Shown here one piece after another: positions 1 through 15,000 of a stretch of DNA of 64,000 nucleotides (position 1 is the stretch's first letter; the number at the start of each line of letters is the position of its first letter). The DNA is from Eledone cirrhosa. Lineage: Eukaryota. The stretch lies in contig OZ024741.1 in assembly GCA_964016885.1 (NCBI GenBank), positions 27,528,001-27,592,000 on the forward strand. The letters are read 5' to 3'. The notes under the pieces are model-generated. The model had not been told where the DNA came from and made no database searches. It saw nothing but the letters and a program-made list of their open reading frames with translations. Position numbers and translations under genes: made by a program.

Positions 1-3000
1 ACTAACACAACGTCGTTGACTATAGAACTAAGTCTAACAGAACGTCGTTGACTATAGAACTAAGACTAACAGAATGTCGTTGACTATAGTACTAAGTCTT
101 AACAGAACGTCGTTAACTATAGAACGAAGACTAACAGAACGTCGTTGACTATAGAACTAAGTCTAACAGAACGTCGTTGTATATAGAACTAAGTATAACA
201 GAACGTCGTTGACTATAGAACTGAGACTAACAGAACGTCGTTGACTATAGAACTACGTCTAACAGAACGTCGTTGACTATAGACTATAGAACTAAGTCTA
301 ACAGAACGTCGTTAACTATAGAACTAAAACTAACAGAACGTTGTTCACTAAAGAACTAATTCTAACAGAACGTCGTTGACTATAGAACTAAGTCTAGCAG
401 AACGTCGTTGACTATAGGACTAAGTCTAACAGAACGTCGTTGACGATGGAACTAAGTCTAACAGAACGTCGTTGACTATAGAACTAAGACTAACAGAACG
501 TCGTTGACTATAGAACTTAGGTTAACAGAACGTCGTTGACTATAGACTATAGAACTAATGCTAACAGAACGTCGTTAACTATAGAACTTAGATTAACAGA
601 ACATCGTTGACAATAGAATTAAGTCTAACAGAACGTCGTTGACTATATAACTGAGACTAAGAGAACGTCGTTGACTAAAGAACTAAGTCTAACAGAACGT
701 CGTTGACTATAGAACTGAGACTAACAGAACGTCGTTGACTATAGACTATATAACTAAGTCTAACAGAACGTCGTTGACTATAGAACTACGTCTAACTGAA
801 TGTCGTTGACTATAGAACTAAGACTAACAGAGCGTCGTTGACTATAGAACTAAGACTAAGAGAACGTCGTTGACTATAGAACTAAGTCTAACAGAACGTC
901 GTTGACTATAGAACTAAGTCTAGCAGAACGTCGTTGACTATAGACCATAGAACTAAGTCTAACAGAACGTCGTTGACTATAGACTATAGAACTAAGTCTA
1001 ACAGAACGTCGTTGACTATAGACTATAGAACTAAGTCTAACAGAACGTCGTTGACTATAGAACTGAGACTAACAGAACGTCGTTGACTATAGACTATGGA
1101 ACTATTTCTAACAGAACGTTGTTCACTACAGAACTAAGACTAATAGAACGCCGTTGACTATAGAACTAAGTCTAACAGAATGTCGTTCACTAAAGAACTA
1201 AGACTAACAGAACGTTGTTGACTATAGAACTAAGACTAACAGAACGTCGTTGACTGTAGAACTGAGTCTAACAGAACGTTGTTGACTATAGAACTAAGAC
1301 TAATAGAACGTCGTTGACTATAGAACTAAGTTTAACAGAATGTCGTTCACTAAAGAACTAAGACTAACAGAACGTGATTGACTATAGAACAAAGACTAAC
1401 ACAACGTCGTTGACTATAGAACTAAGTCTAACAGAATGTCGTTGACTATAGTACTAAGACTAACAGAATGTCGTTGACTATAGTACTAAGTCTTAACAGA
1501 ACGTCGTTAACTATAGAACGAAGACTAACAGAACGTCGGTGACTATAGAACTAAGTCTAACAGAACGTCGTTGTATATAGAACTAAGTATAACAGAACGT
1601 CGTTGACTATAGAACTGAGACTAACAGAACGTTGTTAACTAAAGAACTAAGTCTAACCGAACGTCGTTGACTATAGAACTACGTCTAACAGAACGTCGTT
1701 GACTATAGAACTACGTCTAACAGAACGTCGTTGACTATAGACGATAGAACTAAGTCTAACAGAACGTCTTTGACTATATAACTAAGACTAACAGAACGTT
1801 GTTAACTAAAGAACTAAGTCTAACCGAACGTCGTTGAATATAGAACTGAAATTAACAGAACCTCGTTGACTATAGAACTAAGTCTAACAGAAGGTCGTTG
1901 ACTATAGAACTACGTCTAACAGAACGTCGTTGACTATAGAACTAAGACTAACAGAACGTTGTTGACTAAAGAACTAATTCTAACAGAACGTCGTTGACTA
2001 TAGAACTAAGTCTAGCAGAACGTCGTTGACTATAGGACTAAGTCTAACAGAACGTCGTAGACTATATAACTAAGACTAACAGATCGTCGTTGACTATAGA
2101 CTATAGAACTAAGTCTAACAGAACGTCGTTGACTATAGAACTACGTCTAACAGAACGTCGTTGACTATAGAACTAAGACTAACAGAACGTCTTTGACTAT
2201 AGGGCTAAAACTAACAGAACGTCGTTGACTATAGTCTATAGAACTAAGTCTAACAGAACGTCGTTGATTATAGAACTAAGACTAACAGAACGTCGTTGAC
2301 TATAGACTATAGAACTAAGTCTAGCAGAACATCGTTGACTATAGACTATAGAACTAAGTTTAACAGAACGCCGTTGACTATAGAACTAAGTCTAACAGAA
2401 CACAATAGAACTAAGTCTAACAGACCGTCGTTGACTATAGACTATATAACTAAGTCTAACAGAACGTCGTTGACTATAGAACTAAAACTAACAGAACGTT
2501 GTTGACTAAAGAACTAATTCTAACAGAACGTCGTTGACTATAGACTATAGGACTAAGTCTAACAGAACGTCGTTGACGATAGAACTAAGTCTAACAGAAC
2601 GTTGTTGACTATAGAACTATGACTAATAGAACGTCGTTGACTAGAGAACTAAGTCTAACAGAATGTCGTTCACTAAAGAACTAAGACTAACAGAACGTCG
2701 TTGACTATAGAACCAAGACTAACACAACGTCGTTGACTATAGAACTAAGTCTAACAGAACGTCGTTGACTATAGAACTAAGACTAACAGAACGTCGTTGA
2801 CTATAGTACTAAGTCTTAACAGAACGTCGTTAACTATAGAACGAAGACTAACAGAACGTCGTTGACTATAGAACTAAGTCTAACAGAACACAATAGAACT
2901 AAGTCTAACAGACCGTCGTTGACTATAGTCTATAGAACTAAGTCTAACAGAACGTCGTTGACTATAGAACTAAAACTAACAGAACGTTGTTGACTAAAGA

Positions 3001-6000
3001 ACTAATTCTAACAGAACGTCGTTGACTATAGACTATAGGACTAAGTCTAACAGAACGTCGTTGACTATAGACTATAGAACTAAGTCTAACAGAACGTCGT
3101 TGACTATAGAACTGAGACTAACAGAACGTCGTTGACTATAGACTATGGAACTATTTCTAACAGAACATCGTTGACTATAGACTATAGAACTAAGTTTAAC
3201 AGAACGCCGTTGACTATAGAACTAAGTCTAACAGAACACAATAGAACTAAGTCTAACAGACCGTCGTTGACTATAGACTATATAACTAAGTCTAACAGAA
3301 CGTCGTTGACTATAGAACTAAAACTAACAGAACGTTGTTGACTAAAGAACTAATTCTAACAGAACGTCGTTGACTATAGACTATAGGACTAAGTCTAACA
3401 GAACGTCGTTGACGATAGAACTAAGACTAACAGAATGTCGTTGACTATAGTACTTAGTCTTAACAGAACGTCGTTAACTATAGAACGAAGACTAACAGAA
3501 CGTCGTTGACTATAGAACTAAGTCTAACAGAACGTCGTTGACTATAGAACTAAGTCTAACAGAACGTCGTTGACTATAGACCATAGAACTAAGTCTAACA
3601 GAACGTCGTTGACTATAGACTATAGAACTAAGTCTAACAGAACGTCGTTGACTATAGACTATAGAACTAAGTCTAACAGAACGTCGTTGACTATAGAACT
3701 GAGACTAACAGAACGTCGTTGACTATAGACTATGGAACTATTTCTAACAGAACGTTGTTCACTACAGAACTAAGACTAATAGAACGCCGTTGACTATAGA
3801 ACTAAGTCTAACAGAATGTCGTTCACTAAAGAACTAAGACTAACAGAACGTTGTTGACTATAGAACTAAGACTAACAGAACGTCGTTGACTGTAGAACTG
3901 AGTCTAACAGAACGTTGTTGACTATAGAACTAAGACTAATAGAACGTCGTTGACTATAGAACTAAGTTTAACAGAATGTCGTTCACTAAAGAACTAAGAC
4001 TAACAGAACGTGATTGACTATAGAACAAAGACTAACACAACGTCGTTGACTATAGAACTAAGTCTAACAGAATGTCGTTGACTATAGTACTAAGACTAAC
4101 AGAATGTCGTTGACTATAGTACTAAGTCTTAACAGAACGTCGTTAACTATAGAACGAAGACTAACAGAACGTCGTTGACTATAGAACTAAGTCTAACAGA
4201 ACGTCGTTGTATATAGAACTAAGTATAACAGAACGTCGTTGACTATAGAACTGAGACTAACAGAACGTTGTTAACTAAAGAACTAAGTCTAACCGAACGT
4301 CGTTGACTATAGAACTGAAACTAACAGAACCTCGTTGACTATAGAACTAAGTCTAACAGAACGTCGCTGACTATAGAACTACGTCTAACAGAACGTCGTT
4401 GACTATAGAACTAAGACTAACAGAACGTTGTTGACTAAAGAACTAATTCTAACAGAACGTCGTTGACTATAGAACTAAGTCTAGCAGAACGTCGTTGACT
4501 ATAGGACTAAGTCTAACAGAACGTCGTTGACTATATAACTAAGACTAACAGATCGTCGTTGACTATAGGGCTAAAACTAACAGAACGTCGTTGACTATAG
4601 TCTATAGAACTAAGTCTAACAGAACGTCGTTGATTATAGAACTAAGACTAACAGAACGTCGTTGACTATAGACTATAGAACTAAGTCTAGCAGAACATCG
4701 TTGACTATAGACTATAGAACTAAGTTTAACAGAACGCCGTTGACTATAGAACTAAGTCTAACAGAACACAATAGAACTAAGTCTAACAGACCGTCGTTGA
4801 CTATAGACTATATAACTAAGTCTAACAGAACGTCGTTGACTATAGAACTAAAACTAACAGAACGTTGTTGACTAAAGAACTAATTCTAACAGAACGTCGT
4901 TGACTATAGACTATAGGACTAAGTCTAACAGAACGTCGTTGACGATAGAACTAAGTCTAACAGAACGTTGTTGACTATAGAACTATGACTAATAGAACGT
5001 CGTTGACTAGAGAACTAAGTCTAACAGAATGTCGTTCACTAAAGAACTAAGACTAACAGAACGTCGTTGACTATAGAACCAAGACTAACACAACGTCGTT
5101 GACTATAGAACTAAGTCTAACAGAACGTCGTTGACTATAGAACTAAGACTAACAGAACGTCGTTGACTATAGTACTAAGTCTTAACAGAACGTCGTTAAC
5201 TATAGAACGAAGACTAACAGAACGTCGTTGACTATAGAACTAAGTCTAACAGAACACAATAGAACTAAGTCTAACAGACCGTCGTTGACTATAGTCTATA
5301 GAACTAAGTCTAACAGAACGTCGTTGACTATAGAACTAAAACTAACAGAACGTTGTTGACTAAAGAACTAATTCTAACAGAACGTCGTTGACTATAGACT
5401 ATAGGACTAAGTCTAACAGAACGTCGTTGACTATAGACTATAGAACTAAGTCTAACAGAACGTCGTTGACTATAGAACTGAGACTAACAGAACGTCGTTG
5501 ACTATAGACTATGGAACTATTTCTAACAGAACATCGTTGACTATAGACTATAGAACTAAGTTTAACAGAACGCCGTTGACTATAGAACTAAGTCTAACAG
5601 AACACAATAGAACTAAGTCTAACAGACCGTCGTTGACTATAGACTATATAACTAAGTCTAACAGAACGTCGTTGACTATAGAACTAAAACTAACAGAACG
5701 TTGTTGACTAAAGAACTAATTCTAACAGAACGTCGTTGACTATAGACTATAGGACTAAGTCTAACAGAACGTCGTTGACGATAGAACTAAGACTAACAGA
5801 ATGTCGTTGACTATAGTACTTAGTCTTAACAGAACGTCGTTAACTATAGAACGAAGACTAACAGAACGTCGTTGACTATAGAACTAAGTCTAACAGAACG
5901 TCGTTGACTATAGAACTAAGTCTAACAGAACGTCGTTGACTATAGACCATAGAACTAAGTCTAACAGAACGTCGTTGACTATAGACTATAGAACTAAGTC

Positions 6001-9000
6001 TAACAGAACGTCGTTGACTATAGACTATAGAACTAAGTCTAACAGAACGTCGTTGACTATAGAACTGAGACTAACAGAACGTCGTTGACTATAGACTATG
6101 GAACTATTTCTAACAGAACGTTGTTCACTACAGAACTAAGACTAATAGAACGCCGTTGACTATAGAACTAAGTCTAACAGAATGTCGTTCACTAAAGAAC
6201 TAAGACTAACAGAACGTTGTTGACTATAGAACTAAGACTAACAGAACGTCGTTGACTGTAGAACTGAGTCTAACAGAACGTTGTTGACTATAGAACTAAG
6301 ACTAATAGAACGTCGTTGACTATAGAACTAAGTTTAACAGAATGTCGTTCACTAAAGAACTAAGACTAACAGAACGTGATTGACTATAGAACAAAGACTA
6401 ACACAACGTCGTTGACTATAGAACTAAGTCTAACAGAATGTCGTTGACTATAGTACTAAGACTAACAGAATGTCGTTGACTATAGTACTAAGTCTTAACA
6501 GAACGTCGTTAACTATAGAACGAAGACTAACAGAACGTCGTTGACTATAGAACTAAGTCTAACAGAACGTCGTTGTATATAGAACTAAGTATAACAGAAC
6601 GTCGTTGACTATAGAACTGAGACTAACAGAACGTTGTTAACTAAAGAACTAAGTCTAACCGAACGTCGTTGACTATAGAACTGAAACTAACAGAACCTCG
6701 TTGACTATAGAACTAAGTCTAACAGAACGTCGTTGACTATAGAACTACGTCTAACAGAACGTCGTTGACTATAGAACTAAGACTAACAGAACGTTGTTGA
6801 CTAAAGAACTAATTCTAACAGAACGTCGTTGACTATAGAACTAAGTCTAGCAGAACGTCGTTGACTATAGGACTAAGTCTAACAGAACGTCGTTGACTAT
6901 ATAACTAAGACTAACAGATCGTCGTTGACTATAGACTATAGAACTAAGTCTAACAGAACGTCGTTGACTATAGAACTACGTCTAACAGAACGTCGTTGAC
7001 TATAGAACTAAGACTAACAGAACGTCTTTGACTATAGGGCTAAAACTAACAGAACGTCGTTGACTATAGTCTATAGAACTAAGTCTAACAGAACGTCGTT
7101 GATTATAGAACTAAGACTAACAGAACGTCGTTGACTATAGACTATAGAACTAAGTCTAGCAGAACATCGTTGACTATAGACTATAGAACTAAGTTTAACA
7201 GAACGCCGTTGACTATAGAACTAAGTCTAACAGAACACAATAGAACTAAGTCTAACAGACCGTCGTTGACTATAGACTATATAACTAAGTCTAACAGAAC
7301 GTCGTTGACTATAGAACTAAAACTAACAGAACGTTGTTGACTAAAGAACTAATTCTAACAGAACGTCGTTGACTATAGACTATAAGACTAAGTCTAACAG
7401 AACGTCGTTGACGATAGAACTAAGTCTAACAGAACGTTGTTGACTATAGAACTATGACTAATAGAACGTCGTTGACTAGAGAACTAAGTCTAACAGAATG
7501 TCGTTCACTAAAGAACTAAGACTAACAGAACGTCGTTGACTATAGAACCAAGACTAACACAACGTCGTTGACTATAGAACTAAGTCTAACAGAACGTCGT
7601 TGACTATAGAACTAAGACTAACAGAACGTCGTTGACTATAGTACTAAGTCTTAACAGAACGTCGTTAACTATAGAACGAAGACTAACAGAACGTCGTTGA
7701 CTATAGAACTAAGTCTAACAGAACACAATAGAACTAAGTCTAACAGAACACAATAGAACTAAGTCTAACAGACCGTCGTTGACTATAGACTATAGAACTA
7801 AGTCTAACAGAACGTCGTTGACTATAGAACTAAGTCTAACAGAACGTCGTTGACTATAGACTATAGAACTAAGTCTTATAGAACTACGTCTAACAGAACG
7901 TCGTTGACTATAGAACTAAGACTAACAGAACGTCTTTGACTATATGACTAAAAATAACAGAACGTCGTTGACTATAGTCTATAGAACTAAATATAACATA
8001 ACGTCGTTGATTATAGAACTAATACTAACAGTACGTTGTTGACTAAAGAACTAAGTCTAACAGAACGTCATTGACTATAGACTATAGAACTAAGTCTAGC
8101 AGAACGTCGTTGACTATAGACTATAGAACTAAGTTTAACAGAACGTAGTTGACTATAGAACTAAGTCTAACAGAACACAATAGAACTAAGTCTAACAGAC
8201 CGTCGTTGACTATTGACTATAGAACTAAGTCTAACAGAACGTCGTTGACTATAAAAGTAAAACTAACAGAACGTTGTTGACTAAAGAACTAATTCTAACA
8301 GAACGTCGTTGACTATAGAACTAAGTCTAGCAGAACGTCGTTGACTATAGACTATGTCTAATAGAACGTCGTTGACGATGGAACTAAGTCTAACAGAACG
8401 TCGTTGACTATAGAACTAAGACTAACAGAACGTCGTTGACTATAGAACTTAGGTTAACAGAACGTCGTTGACTATAGACTATAGAACTAATGCTAACAGA
8501 ACGTCGTTAACTATAGAACTTAGATTAACAGAACGTCGTTTACTATAGAACTAAGTCTAACAGAACGTCGTTGACAATAGAATTAAGTCTAACAGAGCGT
8601 CGTTGACTATATAACTGAGACTAACAGAACGTCGTTGACTAAAAAACTAAGTCTAACAGAACGTCGTTGACTATAGAACTAAGTCTAACAGAACGTTGTT
8701 GACTATAGAACTAAGTCTAACAGAACGTCGTTGACTATGGAACTACGTCTAACTGAATGTCGTTGACTATACAACTAAGACTAACAGAGCGTCGTTGACT
8801 ATAGACTATAGAACTAAGACTAACAGAACGTCGTTGACTATAGAACTAAGTCTAACGGAACGTCGTTGACTATAGAACTAAGTCTAACGGAACGTCGTTG
8901 ACTATAGAACTAAGTCTAACAGAACGTCGTTGACTATAGAACTAAGTCTAACAGAACGTCGTTGACTATAGACTATAGAACTAAGTCTAACAGAACGTCG

Positions 9001-12000
9001 TTGACTATAGACTATAGAACTAAGTCTAACAGAACGTCGTTGACTATAGAACTGAGACTAACAGAACGTCGTTGACTATAGACTATAGAACTAATTCTAA
9101 CAGAACGTTGTTGACTATAGAACTAAGACTAACAGAACGTCGTTGACTATAGAACAAAGACTAACAGAACGTCGTTGACTATAGAACTAAGTCTAACAGA
9201 ATGTCGTTCACTAAAGAACTAAGACTAACAGAACGTCGTTGACTATAGAACAAAGACTAACACAACGTCGTTGACTATAGAACTAAGTCTAACAGAACGT
9301 CGTTGACTATAGAACTAAGACTAACAGAATGTCGTTGACTATAGTACTAAGTCTTAACAGAACGTCGTTAACTATAGAACGAAGACTAACAGAACGTCGT
9401 TGACTATAGAACTAAGTCTAACAGAACGTCGTTGTATATAGAACTAAGTATAACAGAACGTCGTTGACTATAGAACTGAGACTAACAGAACGTCGTTGAC
9501 TATAGAACTACGTCTAACAGAACGTCGTTGACTATAGACTATAGAACTAAGTCTAACAGAACGTCGTTGACTATAGAACTAAAACTAACAGAACGTTGTT
9601 CACTAAAGAACTAATTCTAACAGAACGTCGTTGACTATAGAACTAAGTCTAGCAGAACGTCGTTGACTATAGGACTAAGTCTAACAGAACGTCGTTGACG
9701 ATGGAACTAAGTCTAACAGAACGTCGTTGACTATAGAACTAAGACTAACAGAACGTCGTTGACTATAGAACTTAGGTTAACAGAACGTCGTTGACTATAG
9801 ACTATAGAACTAATGCTAACAGAACGTCGTTAACTATAGAACTTAGATTAACAGAACATCGTTGACAATAGAATTAAGTCTAACAGAACGTCGTTGACTA
9901 TATAACTGAGACTAAGAGAACGTCGTTGACTAAAGAACTAATTCTAACAGAACGTCGTTGACTATAGAACTGAGACTAACAGAACGTCGTTGACTATAGA
10001 CTATATAACTAAGTCTAACAGAACGTCGTTGACTATAGAACTACGTCTAACTGAATGTCGTTGACTATAGAACTAAGACTAACAGAGCGTCGTTGACTAT
10101 AGAACTAAGACTAAGAGAACGTCGTTGACTATAGAACTAAGTCTAACAGAACGTCGTTGACTATAGAACTAAGTCTAGCAGAACGTCGTTGACTATAGAC
10201 CATAGAACTAAGTCTAACAGAACGTCGTTGACTATAGACTATAGAACTAAGTCTAACAGAACGTCGTTGACTATAGACTATAGAACTAAGTCTAACAGAA
10301 CGTCGTTGACTATAGAACTGAGACTAACAGAACGTCGTTGACTATAGACTATGGAACTATTTCTAACAGAACGTTGTTCACTACAGAACTAAGACTAATA
10401 GAACGCCGTTGACTATAGAACTAAGTCTAACAGAATGTCGTTCACTAAAGAACTAAGACTAACAGAACGTTGTTGACTATAGAACTATGACTAACAGAAC
10501 GTCGTTGACTGTAGAACTGAGTCTAACAGAACGTTGTTGACTATAGAACTAAGACTAATAGAACGTCGTTGACTATAGAACTAAGTTTAACAGAATGTCG
10601 TTCACTAAAGAACTAAGACTAACAGAACGTGATTGACTATAGAACAAAGACTAACACAACGTCGTTGACTATAGAACTAAGTCTAACAGAATGTCGTTGA
10701 CTATAGTACTAAGACTAACAGAATGTCGTTGACTATAGTACTAAGTCTTAACAGAACGTCGTTAACTATAGAACGAAGACTAACAGAACGTTGTTGACTA
10801 TAGAACTAAGTCTAACAGAACGTCGTTGTATATAGAACTAAGTATAACAGAACGTCGTTGACTATAGAACTGAGACTAACAGAACGTTGTTAACTAAAGA
10901 ACTAAGTCTAACCGAACGTCGTTGACTATAGAACTACGTCTAACAGAACGTCGTTGACTATAGAACTACGTCTAACAGAACGTCGTTGACTATAGACGAT
11001 AGAACTAAGTCTAACAGAACGTCTTTGACTATATAACTAAGACAAACAGAACGTTGTTAACTAAAGAACTAAGTCTAACCGAACGTCGTTGACTATAGAA
11101 CTGAAACTAACAGAACCTCGTTGACTATAGAACTAAGTCTAACAGAACGTCGTTGACTATAGAACTACGTCTAACAGAACGTCGTTGACTATAGAACTAA
11201 GACTAACAGAACGTTGTTGACTAAAGAACTAATTCTAACAGAACGTCGTTGACTATAGAACTAAGTCTAGCAGAACGTCGTTGACTATAGGACTAAGTCT
11301 AACAGAACGTCGTAGACTATATAACTAAGACTAACAGATCGTCGTTGACTATAGACTATAGAACTAAGTCTAACAGAACGTCGTTGACTATAGAACTACG
11401 TCTAACAGAACGTCGTTGACTATAGAACTAAGACTAACAGAACGTCTTTGACTATAGGGCTAAAACTAACAGAACGTCGTTGACTATAGTCTATAGAACT
11501 AAGTCTAACAGAACGTCGTTGATTATAGAACTAAGACTAACAGAACGTCGTTGACTATAGACTATAGAACTAAGTCTAGCAGAACATCGTTGACTATAGA
11601 CTATAGAACTAAGTTTAACAGAACGCCGTTGACTATAGAACTAAGTCTAACAGAACACAATAGAACTAAGTCTAACAGACCGTCGTTGACTATAGACTAT
11701 ATAACTAAGTCTAACAGAACGTCGTTGACTATAGAACTAAAACTAACAGAACGTTGTTGACTAAAGAACTAATTCTAACAGAACGTCGTTGACTATAGAC
11801 TATAGGACTAAGTCTAACAGAACGTCGTTGACGATATAACTAAGTCTAACAGAACGTTGTTGACTATAGAACTATGACTAATAGAACGTCGTTGACTAGA
11901 GAACTAAGTCTAACAGAATGTCGTTCACTAAAGAACTAAGACTAACAGAACGTCGTTGACTATAGAACCAAGACTAACACAACGTCGTTGACTATAGAAC

Positions 12001-15000
12001 TAAGTCTAACAGAACGTCGTTGACTATAGAACTAAGACTAACAGAACGTCGTTGACTATAGTACTAAGTCTTAACAGAACGTCGTTAACTATAGAACGAA
12101 GACTAACAGAACGTCGTTGACTATAGAACTAAGTCTAACAGAACACAATAGAACTAAGTCTAACAGACCGTCGTTGACTATAGACTATAGAACTAATGCT
12201 AACAGAACGTCGTTAACTATAGAACTTAGATTAACAGAACATCGTTGACAATAGAATTAAGTCTAACAGAACGTCGTTGACTATATAACTGAGACTAAGA
12301 GAACGTCGTTGACTAAAGAACTAAGTCTAACAGAACGTCGTTGACTATAGAACTGAGACTAACAGAACGTCGTTGACTATAGACTATATAACTAAGTCTA
12401 ACAGAACGTCGTTGACTATAGAACTACGTCTAACTGAATGTCGTTGACTATAGAACTAAGACTAACAGAGCGTCGTTGACTATAGAACTAAGACTAAGAG
12501 AACGTCGTTGACTATAGAACTAAGTCTAACAGAACGTCGTTGAATATAGAACTAAGTCTAGCAGAACGTCGTTGACTATAGACCATAGAACTAAGTCTAA
12601 CAGAACGTCGTTGACTATAGACTATAGAACTAAGTCTAACAGAACGTCGTTGACTATAGACTATAGAACTAAGTCTAACAGAACGTCGTTGACTATACAA
12701 CTGAGACTAACAGAACGTCGTTGACTATAGACTATGGAACTATTTCTAACAGAACGTTGTTCACTACAGAACTAAGACTAATAGAACGCCGTTGACTATA
12801 GAACTAAGTCTAACAGAATGTCGTTCACTAAAGAACTAAGACTAACAGAACGTTGTTGACTATAGAACTAAGACTAACAGAACGTCGTTGACTGTAGAAC
12901 TGAGTCTAACAGAACGTTGTTGACTATAGAACTAAGACTAATAGAACGTCGTTGACTATAGAACTAAGTTTAACAGAATGTCGTTCACTAAAGAACTAAG
13001 ACTAACAGAACGTGATTGACTATAGAACAAAGACTAACACAACGTCGTTGACTATAGAACTAAGTCTAACAGAATGTCGTTGACTATAGTACTAAGACTA
13101 ACAGAATGTCGTTGACTATAGTACTAAGTCTTAACAGAACGTCGTTAACTATAGAACGAAGACTAACAGAACGTCGTTGACTATAGAACTAAGTCTAACA
13201 GAACGTCGTTGTATATAGAACTAAGTATAACAGAACGTCGTTGACTATAGAACTGAGACTAACAGAACGTTGTTAACTAAAGAACTAAGTCTAACCGAAC
13301 GTCGTTGACTATAGAACTACGTCTAACAGAACGTCGTTGACTATAGAACTACGTCTAACAGAACGTCGTTGACTATAGACGATAGAACTAAGTCTAACAG
13401 AACGTCTTTGACTATATAACTAAGACTAACAGAACGTTGTTAACTAAAGAACTAAGTCTAACCGAACGTCGTTGACTATAGAACTGAAACTAACAGAACC
13501 TCGTTGACTATAGAACTAAGTCTAACAGAACGTCGTTGACTATAGAACTACGTCTAACAGAACGTCGTTGACTATAGAACTAAGACTAACAGAACGTTGT
13601 TGACTAAAGAACTAATTCTAACAGAACGTCGTTGACTATAGAACTAAGTCTAGCAGAACGTCGTTGACTATAGGACTAAGTCTAACAGAACGTCGTAGAC
13701 TATATAACTAAGACTAACAGATCGTCGTTGACTATAGACTATAGAACTAAGTCTAACAGAACGTCGTTGACTATAGAACTACGTCTAACAGAACGTCGTT
13801 GACTATAGAACTAAGACTAACAGAACGTCTTTGACTATAGGGCTAAAACTAACAGAACGTCGTTGACTATAGTCTATAGAACTAAGTCTAACAGAACGTC
13901 GTTGATTATAGAACTAAGACTAACAGAACGTCGTTGACTATAGACTATAGAACTAAGTCTAGCAGAACATCGTTGACTATAGACTATAGAACTAAGTTTA
14001 ACAGAACGCCGTTGACTATAGAACTAAGTCTAACAGAACACAATAGAACTAAGTCTAACAGACCGTCGTTGACTATAGACTATATAACTAAGTCTAACAG
14101 AACGTCGTTGACTATAGAACTAAAACTAACAGAACGTTGTTGACTAAAGAACTAATTCTAACAGAACGTCGTTGACTATAGACTATAGGACTAAGTCTAA
14201 CAGAACGTCGTTGACGATAGAACTAAGTCTAACAGAACGTTGTTGACTATAGAACTATGACTAATAGAACGTCGTTGACTAGAGAACTAAGTCTAACAGA
14301 ATGTCGTTCACTAAAGAACTAAGACTAACAGAACGTCGTTGACTATAGAACCAAGACTAACACAACGTCGTTGACTATAGAACTAAGTCTAACAGAACGT
14401 CGTTGACTATAGAACTAAGACTAACAGAACGTCGTTGACTATAGTACTAAGTCTTAACAGAACGTCGTTAACTATAGAACGAAGACTAACAGAACGTCGT
14501 TGACTATAGAACTAAGTCTAACAGAACACAATAGAACTAAGTCTAACAGACCGTCGTTGACTATAGTCTATAGAACTAAGTCTAACAGAACGTCGTTGAC
14601 TATAGAACTAAAACTAACAGAACGTTGTTGACTAAAGAACTAATTCTAACAGAACGTCGTTGACTATAGACTATAGGACTAAGTCTAACAGAACGTCGTT
14701 GACTATAGACTATAGAACTAATTCTAACAGAACGTCGTTGACTATAGAACTGAGACTAACAGAACGTCGTTGACTATAGACTATGGAACTATTTCTAACA
14801 GAACGTTGTTCACTACAGAACTAAGACTAATAGAACGCCGTTGACTATAGAACTAAGTCTAACAGAATGTCGTTCACTAAAGAACTAAGACTAACAGAAC
14901 GTTGTTGACTATAGAACTAAGACTAACAGAACGTCGTTGACTATAGAACTGAGTCTAAGAGAACGTCGTTGACTATAGAACAAAGACTAACACAACGTCG

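Noticed and set aside
2296-14143. Repeated 69-aa ORFs as a multicopy gene
   Set aside because: They are translations of satellite monomers with TTG starts. Their recurrence only marks higher-order repeats.
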